A DNA stretch of 64,000 bases from Chrysemys picta bellii (lineage: Eukaryota): assembly GCF_011386835.1 (NCBI RefSeq), contig NC_088797.1, positions 101,742,001-101,806,000 of the forward strand. The letters are read 5' to 3'. Positions 27,143-36,809 of the stretch are shown piece by piece (position 1 is the stretch's first letter; the number at the start of each line of letters is the position of its first letter). The notes below the pieces were generated by a model that was not told the origin of the DNA, searched no databases, and saw nothing but the letters and a program-made list of their open reading frames with translations. The translations under genes and the position numbers were made by a program.

Positions 27143-27327
27143 GTATCATGGTGGTTCCTCCTGCTAGGGCTGCTTTTGTGCCTTGATAGAAGTCATCAGC
27201 AGAGGTCATTCCCATCACAGGCATTTGTAGTCTAGTGTGGACATCTATTCCTCCTGGCATAACTAACTGGCCATAGGCATCAAGAGTTTTGACGCCACCA
27301 GGAACTATCAGGTTTTCTCCAATTTGC
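27143..27327 (-). CDS. DPYSL4: DPYSL4 exon 3 [11 protein letters not shown]...[10 protein letters not shown]...[10 protein letters not shown]
   Basis: 185 nt, tttttag| ... |gtaagt; overlaps ORF 27135..27377. Confidence 0.97.
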
Positions 27328-28150
27328 CTAAAAACAGCATTAAGAAGTTCTATTAGCTGCAAATAACATTTGAACAAAAATGTATTAACTTCCTGTTAAA
27401 AGTGAGTATGTGTGTGTGCTCATGTCCGTTTCTGTAAGCTTTTCCACACTGTGCTGCCAATGCACATCAGTTATGCTCTCCTTTGGGAAATGGGGGATAG
27501 TTGGGGTCCTCAGAACCCTAATGGAGCTCTAAGTTTCTCCCATTTTCTCCTTACTTAGATGCCCCTTCTCTTGTGAGGCCTCATATCACAGTCACCATCC
27601 TTCTGGCAATGGAAGATTGGATGAAATTTCATTGAGACCCATAGCTGTTGCTCTTGAGAATTGTGAGCCAGTCTCTCATCTCCACTTGCAAAGCACTGCC
27701 CCCAAAACTTTCTCAGCTCTAGGATGGGATTGAGCAGATCGACGTCTCCTGGATGGCAGTGCAGACCACCAATACCAGCCCCACAGGCCAGCCCATTTCA
27801 GGGCATCAAATGTGACCCCAACCTCTCTTCATTCATGTAGTCTTAGACCACTCAATTAGTACTAACAGTGACCATAAATTTGATAGTAACTACTAAGGAA
27901 GTAAGATCAATAGGGACTAAGATCATTTTACTTGTTGCCTTCAAGAACACAGCTAGAACTCAAGAAAGGAAATATTCCTTTCAGCTTTTTCTTCCAATGC
28001 CCTATGAACTATTGATTTTTTTCCAAAAGGATATTTTGAACATATTTCTGAGAAAATTAAAGGGGTCTCTGGAAATGATTATTCATATTAAATTGCACCA
28101 ACAATGTTAAGTATGGAAATTGTAATACAAAATATTTCTTAAGTAACTTA

Positions 28151-28240
<90 letters not shown>

Positions 28241-30814
28241 CTAATGGAAAAAAATATGTTTCCCAAAATTATTTTATTTAGAAGTTGTTTTACTCATTAC
28301 AGGCCTTCATGCATAATAATCTATAATTGCCTGCTGCAGTTAAAGTCTGAGACAAATTATTTTGCACGTCTATTAGTCCAATTTAGTTTAAAAAATACAC
28401 CCAAACTATTTTATAGCAAAGCCTGACTGTATTCCACATACAGAAGTATAAAAAGTATTAAAACTAAAATAACATATATTTTACATACAAATAGAGAATG
28501 TTTTAACATCTTTAAATCAACCAGAAAGGGGATTTAATCTATATTTTTCACAGCACAAGCCTAGAGAACTGTATGCCACACAGAAGATGTAAGGAGTAAT
28601 TTAAAAATAATATATTAAGGCAAAGTTACAATAAAACATTCACATACTACAGTGCACATTACTTATTACTCATTTTTTTTCATTAATTGCACATGCACAA
28701 TTCCCTTCACAGCTTTAAGTAGCTCTGCAAAACATTTTGTTCTCCACCTTCCAATATAAATGACTCCTGCCCAACATTAACAAGCAGAAGGCCATCTTGC
28801 TGGTTTTGGAGAGGGTTGATGTAATGACCCTTTTGGTAAACTTACACTTAACTGACTCATTTTATATAAGTAAGAGACAAAGGGCCACTACCAGCCTCCT
28901 TCTGCAGATGTGGAGACCAGTTATTTAAACTGCAGTCTGTGCATATTTGCCAACATTTTTAAAAGGGTTTGCAAGGGATAGTTGTGCACCTAAGCCATGG
29001 ATGTGGGGCTGCTTGGCCTCCCCCAAATGCTGGTACTGGCAGATTTTCTGTGCATTCGGATGAATTTTAGCACTTATATAAGTGACTTGAAAACATCAAT
29101 TCAATAAGTTATCATAACCTCTTTCTGAGGAAGGTAACTATTACTCTTCCTATTTCACTGATGGGAAGACTGAAGCAGAAAGTTTAAGTAGCTGACTGAG
29201 GCCACAGATGAAGTCAGTGTCAGAACTGGGATTGGAATGCAAGTGTTACTTGCTCTCAGTGCTGTGTTAGCCCACTACACCATGCTGTTTCTCATGACAT
29301 TGAGGTGCCTCATTGTGGCCAGTCTCCACTTTGACTGCTAAGCTGAGGAGCATCATATTTGCAGACAGCAGGCTGGGAGGCAGCTTGCACCTGGCCTAGC
29401 AATATTAGGGGCATCCAAAGTGGTACTGCCCTTCTACACATGGCAACTGGTCTGAGGTTCTCACAGAAACTGAGGAATCAATGTGAGTGTCACAGATCTT
29501 AAAGGCCAGCTTTAGAGGAGCTAATGGAGTGGCTGTGATCTTTTGGAAATCAATGAGAAATTTTCAACTCTAGCAACTGATTTGTAGCAGTTTACATTTT
29601 CTAGGTTCTCTTTGCAAGGAAAAGGACTAGGCGCCCACTGTTATAAAAGGAAGTGGAGATTAACTATAACATTTCCAGGTTCTCAAAATCAGATTTTCCT
29701 GCAGCCACGGGCTTCACAGATCCCAAAGGATTCTGACATTAGTCAAAGAATTCTTCACTAGTCACCATCATTTTCCACACTGGGCATTTTAGATGCATAA
29801 GAAAATATAGGATCAGGCTCATATTTTTAAATGTGAAACTGGAGCATAGTTGATAACATTTTTTTCTCCAACTGTGACCTCTACAGTGACTCTAGAGAAT
29901 TTACTCCCAGCCTACAATGGCCACTGCTAAGGATTCTGATGCACATTTAAAAATAATTGCTGGATGCAACAACATGTGACAATACAGTCTGGGAGAGTGG
30001 ATTACAGGACTGGAGAAATGTGTAATTATAAAATTAATCACAGAACACCACTTCTGGGCCTTGATTTTTTACTGTGGGCCAAAGGGGTATGAATAAAGCT
30101 ATGAAGCAATTTTGCTGTGTTTATGAAAACTCCAAAACATATTTCATTTATATTTCACAGCCCTTAGTCTTTTTTTCAACTATTTTTCTTGCTTCCCAGT
30201 CAAAAAGAGCCACCACATTCACTGACCCTGGGGAGCGCTATTGGCCTCCTCCACTATGCAAATATACAGGCCACTCCCTGCTCTGAGAGCACATCCACTC
30301 TGTAACAACTACAGAATGCCAGATGTTCTTAACGAGCTTTTACTGAACTCACCAAGTCCCTTACAACCTGTCACATATACAGGCTGATTCTCTCTGGCTT
30401 ACTCAATGTCACTTACTCAATGGACACTTTTAAAGGGGACTCAGGGTTATTTCGCTCTCCCTTTGAGTGGCTTTATTTTAGAGCCCACCAGCCAAGAAGA
30501 AGAAGAAATCATGCTGCCCAAAGGTATCTTCTCACCTCCACAAAAGTCCTGACAATCAGGGTAAGGAGGCTCCTATTACAACAGTGATAGGGATCTGAGG
30601 GGTAGCATATTCCTCCACAACACAACAGTGATGAGAGATGGAGGATGGAGTGAGGCCCACTGTAATGAATGAGCATGAGATCCCATAGCTACAGTATTCT
30701 CGCTTTTTAGTATTTTGGGTTTACAGGCTGGACCAGAGGATATGGGTTTATGAACCAGGAGTAAGAAGACTCTTGGGATCAGGGCTGATGGGGAAAGAAG
30801 ACAGTAAACATTAA

Positions 30815-30976
30815 AAAAAGAACAGGAGTACTTGTGGCACCTTACAGACTAACAAATTAAGAAGTGAGCTGTAGTCCACGAAAGCTTATGCTCTAATAAA
30901 TTTGTTAGTCTCTAAGGTGCCACAAGTACTCCTGTTCTTTTTGCGGATACAGACTAACACGGCTGCTACTCCGAAA
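30815..30976. mobile_element. Penelope-like terminal-repeat insertion with inverted arms
   Basis: ...gaacaggagtacttgtggcacctta.agactaacaaatt and its reverse complement; 12-bp direct repeat agtaaacattaa (30803-14, 30977-88). Confidence 0.8.
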
Positions 30977-31949
30977 AGTAAACATTAAGTCCCCATTAAA
31001 TATATCAAATCATATGTTGTTTAATTTTATTTCTGTTAATTTTCAAATACTGTATAAGCTGGCAATCCTGCAGAATAGACCCTCCAGACTCAAAGATGTG
31101 TGTGTTTGCCTTTCTTTTAAAAAGCAATATTTGTAGTCTTTTAGGTAACATGGCTGCCCTGGTGTGTGAAAGAGAATAAGCAGGTGTACACAAGAACTGA
31201 AAAGCAGATGCCTAATGTTGTACAAGGGCCTCTTCCTGAGAATATAATGCTGCATAAACCTCTCTGAGTTCAAGCCAGGTTATGTTCAACAAAGGACCAT
31301 GCTAATTCTCCAAAGGGCTTTCATAGGAAGCTTGTAGTAACAAAGGCCTAATGTCAACCCCAAGAATACTCTTTCAAACTCCTCCTGTTTTGCTCTACCC
31401 GGTCTGATTTCATTTCAGAACTAAAACCCACATCCCGTCTTGTTTAAGGAATAATGTATCTATAAATGATGCTTTAGAACTATATTTCAAAAATACTAAT
31501 TATTAATAATAATTATTCTTTTCCCAATCACCCTCAAATGTTATAGAACCAGGCAAAAATATGGCCCGGCAACCTAAACTGAGGGAATAAATACATGAAA
31601 TTCGAATAGACACTTCATCTTAGGCACATAAGCAAGTCCAAAGTTATCAAAGTCCATGCTTAGTCAATCATGTTATTTTTTATTTTCTGAACTCCTAGGC
31701 TGGGAGAAAAGATGTTGCTCTCTAACGACAGGCCATTCAAACTGCTGTGTCCTTCGGGCCCATCAACCCTTTATGAGAAATTAGGGCCTGAAAAGGCATG
31801 AGCTAGGAAACAAGGGAGTGCCAGCTTCTTAGCAGAAATAAAGCAGCTTCAATGGCCTGAATGATTTGCAAAGCTGCTGATCAACACACATTCTCCTCTT
31901 CCTCCCGGAGTCGGGAAAAGCCCCTACTCTCAGGCTTCTCTGGGACTTG

Positions 31950-33120
31950 GCAGGTATCTGCAACCTCACCATGCGCATTGTTTTCCTAACGTGTTTGCTG
32001 ACTGTCCGAGCTCCTTGCCAGGGACCCTTCTACTGGGGCATGATTGTCTCCGCTGAGATCTGGGGAATGCAGCAGAGAAATATTTGATACGGCCAGGCCA
32101 GCCCTCCTCCCCCCGCCGCCCAGACCCAGCGCCTGGATTACAGGGCACGCAGCACCGCCATGGCTGAGACGCAGTCACAGGACTCGCTAGAGAGCTGCTC
32201 CGCTAGCATCTCCTGCCGTCCCCAATCTTAAACGGAGCATGAACTAACCCCACCGCCCGCGTCTCCTTCTCCGCGCTGCCCGGGTGCCGCACGTTTGTCC
32301 TTTACTGCCCCTGTCCTCTGACCGCTGCCAGGGTGCTGGATAAGTTATTACGGCTCCATCACCCTCCCGCCTCCTGCCATGAAGCAAACCCAGCAGCTCC
32401 CGGCCGATGGTTGCTCGCAGCCCCCGGGCTGCTGCGAATCAAAAGGCCGCTCGGGGGGCTCGGCACAGAGAAATGCCCTTCTAAAAGGAAAGGGGAGCAG
32501 CTCCAGCCGCCACCCCGCCAGGCCCCGGGCTGCCTGGGCCTCCCTCTCACCGTGATCCGGGGGATGTTCTTCTTGCCTTGGTACGACATCTTCCCGCAAC
32601 TGCCTCCTTTCCGAGCGAGCGCAAGGGGCAGGAATCCACCCTCGGCAGGTGCGCTGCGGGGCCGGGGGTCCCTCCTGGCTCTGGGGCTGGCAGGCCGACA
32701 CCTCTCCGCGGCGGAGTGGCCGGAGCGGGCGGCTTTTCGTGGCGTCTGCGTGCGTCCCTCCCTGGCTGCCTGTTGTTCTTGGAGAGCTCGGTGGCTCCCC
32801 CTGCTCTGGCCGCCCCGCAGCCTCGCTTAGCAGCTGCCTGATTAGCATTCCAGGCTCATGCTTCCCCGACAGCAGCCGCCAGAGAGGCAGCCATGCAGAC
32901 AGCCCGCCGGGGCCTTTCCCCAGGCACCGGCCACTTCCCTGCTCTCCTGGCACCGCGAACAAAAGCCGGCTTTCCCCACCCCGCCACCAGCCTGCCTGCC
33001 AAGAAAGAGCCCGCCCGCCAGGGCCTGGGCCAGCAATGGCTGGGCTCTGTGTGCAGGGGCCCCAGGAGCCAGGGAGGGTGGGTGTCAGACAGAGCCTTGC
33101 CAGTGGCTCATTGTTTCCAT
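31950..33120. promoter_or_regulatory. CpG island over the short-isoform first exon
   Basis: Very GC- and CpG-rich against an AT-rich, CpG-depleted background; spans ATG 32589. Boundaries approximate. Confidence 0.85.
32551..32589 (-). CDS. DPYSL4: DPYSL4 exon 1 (short isoform) MSYQGKKNIPRIT
   Basis: 39 nt, canonical CRMP short N-terminus, donor ACG|GTGAG, phase 0. Confidence 0.96.
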
Positions 33121-33666
33121 CCTGCAACTCCCTTTTAGCCCCATATATTTCTGTGAATCTTTTTCTTAAGTCTGAAGATTGATGCTCTGCAGATTTCTAA
33201 ACTGCTTGATTTCATTTACTTCCCTGACATCTGACATCACGGAGTGGGGGGGGGGGGGGGTCACCCGGTAAACCAAGTTTAGGCTTTACACTTATTTGGT
33301 ACAAATCACTTGTCAGCACAAATAGGCCTTTCTTTCCTCTTCAAAGCCGCCTTCCAGCAATTCCCATCAGAGTCATAGGGAGTCGGGGCTTGTCCGCATC
33401 AGCACCCTGAGCTTCTACCCCGTTAGTGGCCTGATCGAGGGCTCCACCCTGCTGCCATTGAAGCACTCAGACTCGTTCATCAACTCCTTTCCAGACTCTT
33501 AGGGCGTCTTTCCCAGTGCTCCCATTGACTTTACTGGAACTGGTTTGGTCTCCAGTGCAGCAGGGACATGAAGACAGGTTTCAGAGTAGCAGCCGTGTTA
33601 GTCTGTATCCGCAAAAAGAAGAACAGGAGTACTTGTGGCACCTTAGAGACTAACAAATTTATTAGA

Positions 33667-33706
33667 GCATAAGCTTTCGTGGACTACAGCCCACTTCTTC
33701 GGATGC
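33667..33706 (-). ncRNA. Mirror copy of the hammerhead-like motif on the DPYSL4 sense strand
   Basis: Exact reverse complement of 33816-33855 in the left arm of the palindrome. Confidence 0.55.
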
Positions 33707-33815
33707 ATATAGAATGGAACATATATTGAGGAGATATATATACACACATACAGAGAGCATATATATATATATGAGAGTGTATATATATCTCCTCAATATA
33801 TGTTCCATTCTATAT

Positions 33816-33855
33816 GCATCCGAAGAAGTGGGCTGTAGTCCACGAAAGCTTATGC
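33816..33855 (+). ncRNA. Minimal type I hammerhead-ribozyme-like motif (U4C variant)
   Basis: GCAU-CCGAAGA-A-GUGGGC(UGUA)GUCCAC-GAAA-GCUU-AUGC: 4-bp stem I, 6-bp stem II, palindromic AGCU stem III. Confidence 0.55.
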
Positions 33856-34049
33856 TCTAATAAATTTGTTAGTCTCTAAGGTGCCACAAGTACTCCTGTT
33901 CTTCTTTTTTCAGGGACATGAAGTGGAACATGGACCCCTCCGCTTGGAAAGCCTCCCTGGCCTTTGGACAACAGGGGACGGGGCACTCCATAAATTGCCC
34001 TTTTCTGTTTACTCCCTCTGAAGCATCTGGCATGGCCACTATTGGAAGT

Positions 34050-34110
34050 CAGGAAACTGGACTAGATGGACCATTGGTCTGACGGAGCATGGCCAGACTG
34101 ATGTTCTTGT
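34050..34110 (+). mobile_element. CR1-clade 3' tail fragment
   Basis: ...actggactagatggaccattggtctgac...atggcc...atgttctt. Confidence 0.5.
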
Positions 34111-34809
34111 GACCGGGTAGCAGGCAAATGGCTCATTTGGTCGGTCTGTCTCTCTCTGTATAAAGCCTGGTGTGAACCCCTGCATGCCCCACCGGTGGCA
34201 GTTCAGCTGTGGGCTGGTTTTCTGGGCCAAGGGGCCATGGATGGGAATACATTTGGGCTGCACTTAAAAGTCAGAGGCCAATTGGTCGCCTGACAAACCC
34301 ATTAATCCTTTTGTAGTGAGGGAAAAAATCCATCTGCACCTGGCACCCGCTCCTCTGCTGAGGCTGCTATTGATTCAGGGGAATGAAATGGAGCCGCGCA
34401 GCAGACCCCAGAGCCACCCCAGCCTGGCGTGGCCTCGGAAAAGCAGCTGCCTCTGCCTGGATCCCCGTTTCCTGTAACATCACAGGCCAGGCTGGGCAGC
34501 GGCTTGCAGCTGGGATGTCCCAACCTGCAGCTGGTCCCGGCCAGTAGGGCAGCGGGCTTTGCCCAGCGCACGCCGAAGCCAGTGGTAACGCTCCCATTGA
34601 CTTTGAGCGTTTTGTCAGAGTCCCATTTGACTCTGTAGGGGCTCCCACGCTGAGCCCCCTACAGACTCCCCCCACCATGGCTGAATTGCTGGCGCGCGGG
34701 GTAACGCTGACTATAAAGTTTTGCAAACTAAAGTGCTGCTTCCCCGTGCAATGTGCTCGCTGCGCGGGCCGCCGCCTCTGCGCACAGCGCGCAGCCGCTT
34801 CCCGGTTAC

Positions 34810-35166
34810 CTGAGCGTAGCCATCGGGCGCGTCTCCTGCTGCCCCAGCAGCGGGCGGGGAAGGCTCCGCTCCGGCTGGGGTGAGGGCAGGGGCGCTGCGG
34901 CTCCCCGGCGCCTCGCCGCTCTCGCTCTGCCCTTGGGAGTCGCTGGGGCGCTGGCGGAGCGCCCCTCGCTCCGGGGTCTGGGCGCCTCTCCTGCCGCCGC
35001 TCAGCGCGTCCAAGTCCAGCGTTTTGTTTTCAAAGGCTCCTTCCACGCTGCAGAACATGCCACCGAATTTCTGTCTGGGCTTGGGGCTGCCCGAGCCCAG
35101 GGCCGCGAAGTAGGCGGGCAGGTCGGGCTCCCTCCGCTCCTGCTGCTGCTGCCTCTGCTCTGCCAT
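34810..35166 (-). CDS. DPYSL4: DPYSL4 alternative long first coding exon (CRMP-A type N-terminus, 119 aa)
   Basis: ATG in strong Kozak context (GCAGCCATGG). Reads MAEQRQQQQERREPDLPAYFAALGSGSPKPRQKFGGMFCSVEGAFENKTLDLDAL..., the CRMP long-isoform motif. Ends CAG|GTAACC after 357 nt (phase 0), compatible with exon 2. Confidence 0.9.
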
Positions 35167-35382
35167 GGCTGCGGGCGAAGGAGCCCGCCTGGGACGGCCG
35201 GGGACCGGGCAGTGGAGCGGTGCCCGCGGGAGGGCGGCTCACACAGCGCTGGGGGAGGAATGGCAGAGAGAGCAGGGGCTCAGCCTGGTCCCCTTGGCTC
35301 CAACGTGTCGCGTGTGGAAGCCCGGCCGGTGATTCGTTAGCCAGATAACGCCTTTGGGCTCTCCTGTGAGCCCGACAGACAA

Positions 35383-35409
35383 GGAGCTGTCCAAGGCGGT
35401 GGTGCTGAA
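35383..35409 (-). promoter_or_regulatory. Split (non-canonical) RE1/NRSE-like REST site
   Basis: Minus strand TTCAGCACC-ACCGCCTT-GGACAGCTCC: both RE1 half-sites with an 8-nt instead of a 2-nt spacer, about 220 nt upstream of the long ATG. Confidence 0.6.
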
Positions 35410-36471
35410 AGCATCCGCGCCACTGGAGTTCATGAGGACGACATCCCAGGGGGAGGCCACCTAGGACTTTGATCTGCTAGGGAAAGAGCCGCTAGAAAGC
35501 ACCTTTGTGGCAACTTGCTGATAGAGTGGCTTTACTAAAAGCTGAATCTTTCACAATCACCTCCCCTTTCCATAACCGTGTCCACAGTGTCACCGCTTCC
35601 CTTAGCCTCTGCCTGCCACGTTTCAGCCGATTAAATCTACCTTCAGTGTGATTTTTCCCTCCCTCGAAGGAAACCAACTGGCCTTTGGTAAATGTATGCA
35701 GAGCGTTTAGTGTCACCCCAATCCACACCACAGTGCAGCAAATGTGTCTTTGGGCTGCACTGAAAGTGAAGCGGAGTACAGTATAAGCTTCTTTAAGTAA
35801 TAACGAGGAGGGTGGACAGTGCCTGTAGTTTTCTAACGCTGGGAGTCAATAGCTGAAAGGCCTTTTCACCTTTTTTTGGTTCTAGAAATCTGCGAACAGC
35901 AATGCAATGGTGAATCTATCATGCCCGTTAAACATTCAACATGATTCTTTTACAGTGATAAACACTAAATGCCACTTCTGAAACTTAGTATTTCCTGATG
36001 TAAACTATCAACTGTGAAGAAGCCACCAACTTTTAATGGAGTGAAATTTACAGGCTTCTCTAGGTACTGAGCTTTTAATTTTCAGTCTCTTTATTCTTTC
36101 CAGTGAATAGTTCTGTTTTTCCTCAATAAAAAAACCCTCTCCTCTTTTGCATTATTATTCCAGCCAAAAGAATAATATTTACATATGCCGGGATAGAGTT
36201 TGTGTTGGTAATTTATTTCAACGTTCTTTCCTAATTGGAATAATATTTAAATTTGGGGAAAATTTATGAATAATTTCTAAACCATTAAGGATTTCAGAAA
36301 GCCAAGCACTAAATTATCTCTAGATGTCATCGGATCTCAGCCATATGGCAATACCAAATTTCATAGAATATTCTCTAGCTTATATGAGTTGAGGTAGGTT
36401 TGTAGTTTCTGAAAGGCATTGTCCTTTCTAAGGTTGAATAGAATTAAGTCATCATATAGAACTGCAAGCTT

Positions 36472-36543
36472 AGGACCTGATCCAACACTCATTGAATTCA
36501 GTGGAAAGACTCCCACTGATTTCAATGGGCTTTGGATCAGGCT
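36472..36543. repeat. Short palindromic MITE-like element (representative of a dispersed family)
   Basis: acctgatccaa...attgaattcagtgg..cccactgatttcaatg..ttggatcagg; related copy at 56311-56382. Confidence 0.6.
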
Positions 36544-36809
36544 TTTAGGGCCCAATCCTGCAAACATGTAAGCATGTGTTTAACTTTTACCCATGTGAGC
36601 AGTCTTATGGAAGTCAATGGGAGTAAGGTTATTCACATACTTATGGATTTGTAGAATCATTCTTTATGTATGATGTAGCCATGGGGGAGACTCAGGTAAT
36701 AATTTCACAATATTGCAGTAGAGTAAGTATTGCTATAGTTAATACAACAGATTCAAAGTCTTCCTTCTCACCACCACAAGAATAACAAAACACATTTTCT
36801 ATTTTGAAG

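Larger units (their letters stand above)
33574..33910. mobile_element. Penelope-like insertion forming a 133-bp perfect inverted repeat
   Basis: Arms 33613-33745 and 33777-33909; 13-bp direct repeat cagggacatgaag (33561-73, 33911-23). Confidence 0.85.
34300..35470. promoter_or_regulatory. CpG island over the long-isoform first exon
   Basis: GC/CpG-rich block spanning ATG 35166. Boundaries approximate. Confidence 0.85.

Noticed and set aside
32333-33182. Several long overlapping ORFs (up to 259 aa) on both strands
   Set aside because: Stop-poor GC-rich CpG island with low-complexity Pro/Ala/Gly/Arg products. Only the 39-nt exon 1 is supported.
33390-33410. RE1 half-site TCAGCACC near the short promoter
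   Set aside because: No correctly oriented second half-site.
33574-33910. CRISPR-like or prokaryotic repeat interpretation of recurring identical segments
   Set aside because: These are dispersed copies of a eukaryotic retroelement terminus, not a repeat-spacer array.
34753-35340. 195-aa plus-strand ORF antisense to the long exon
   Set aside because: Shadow ORF of GC-rich coding sequence; no recognisable product.
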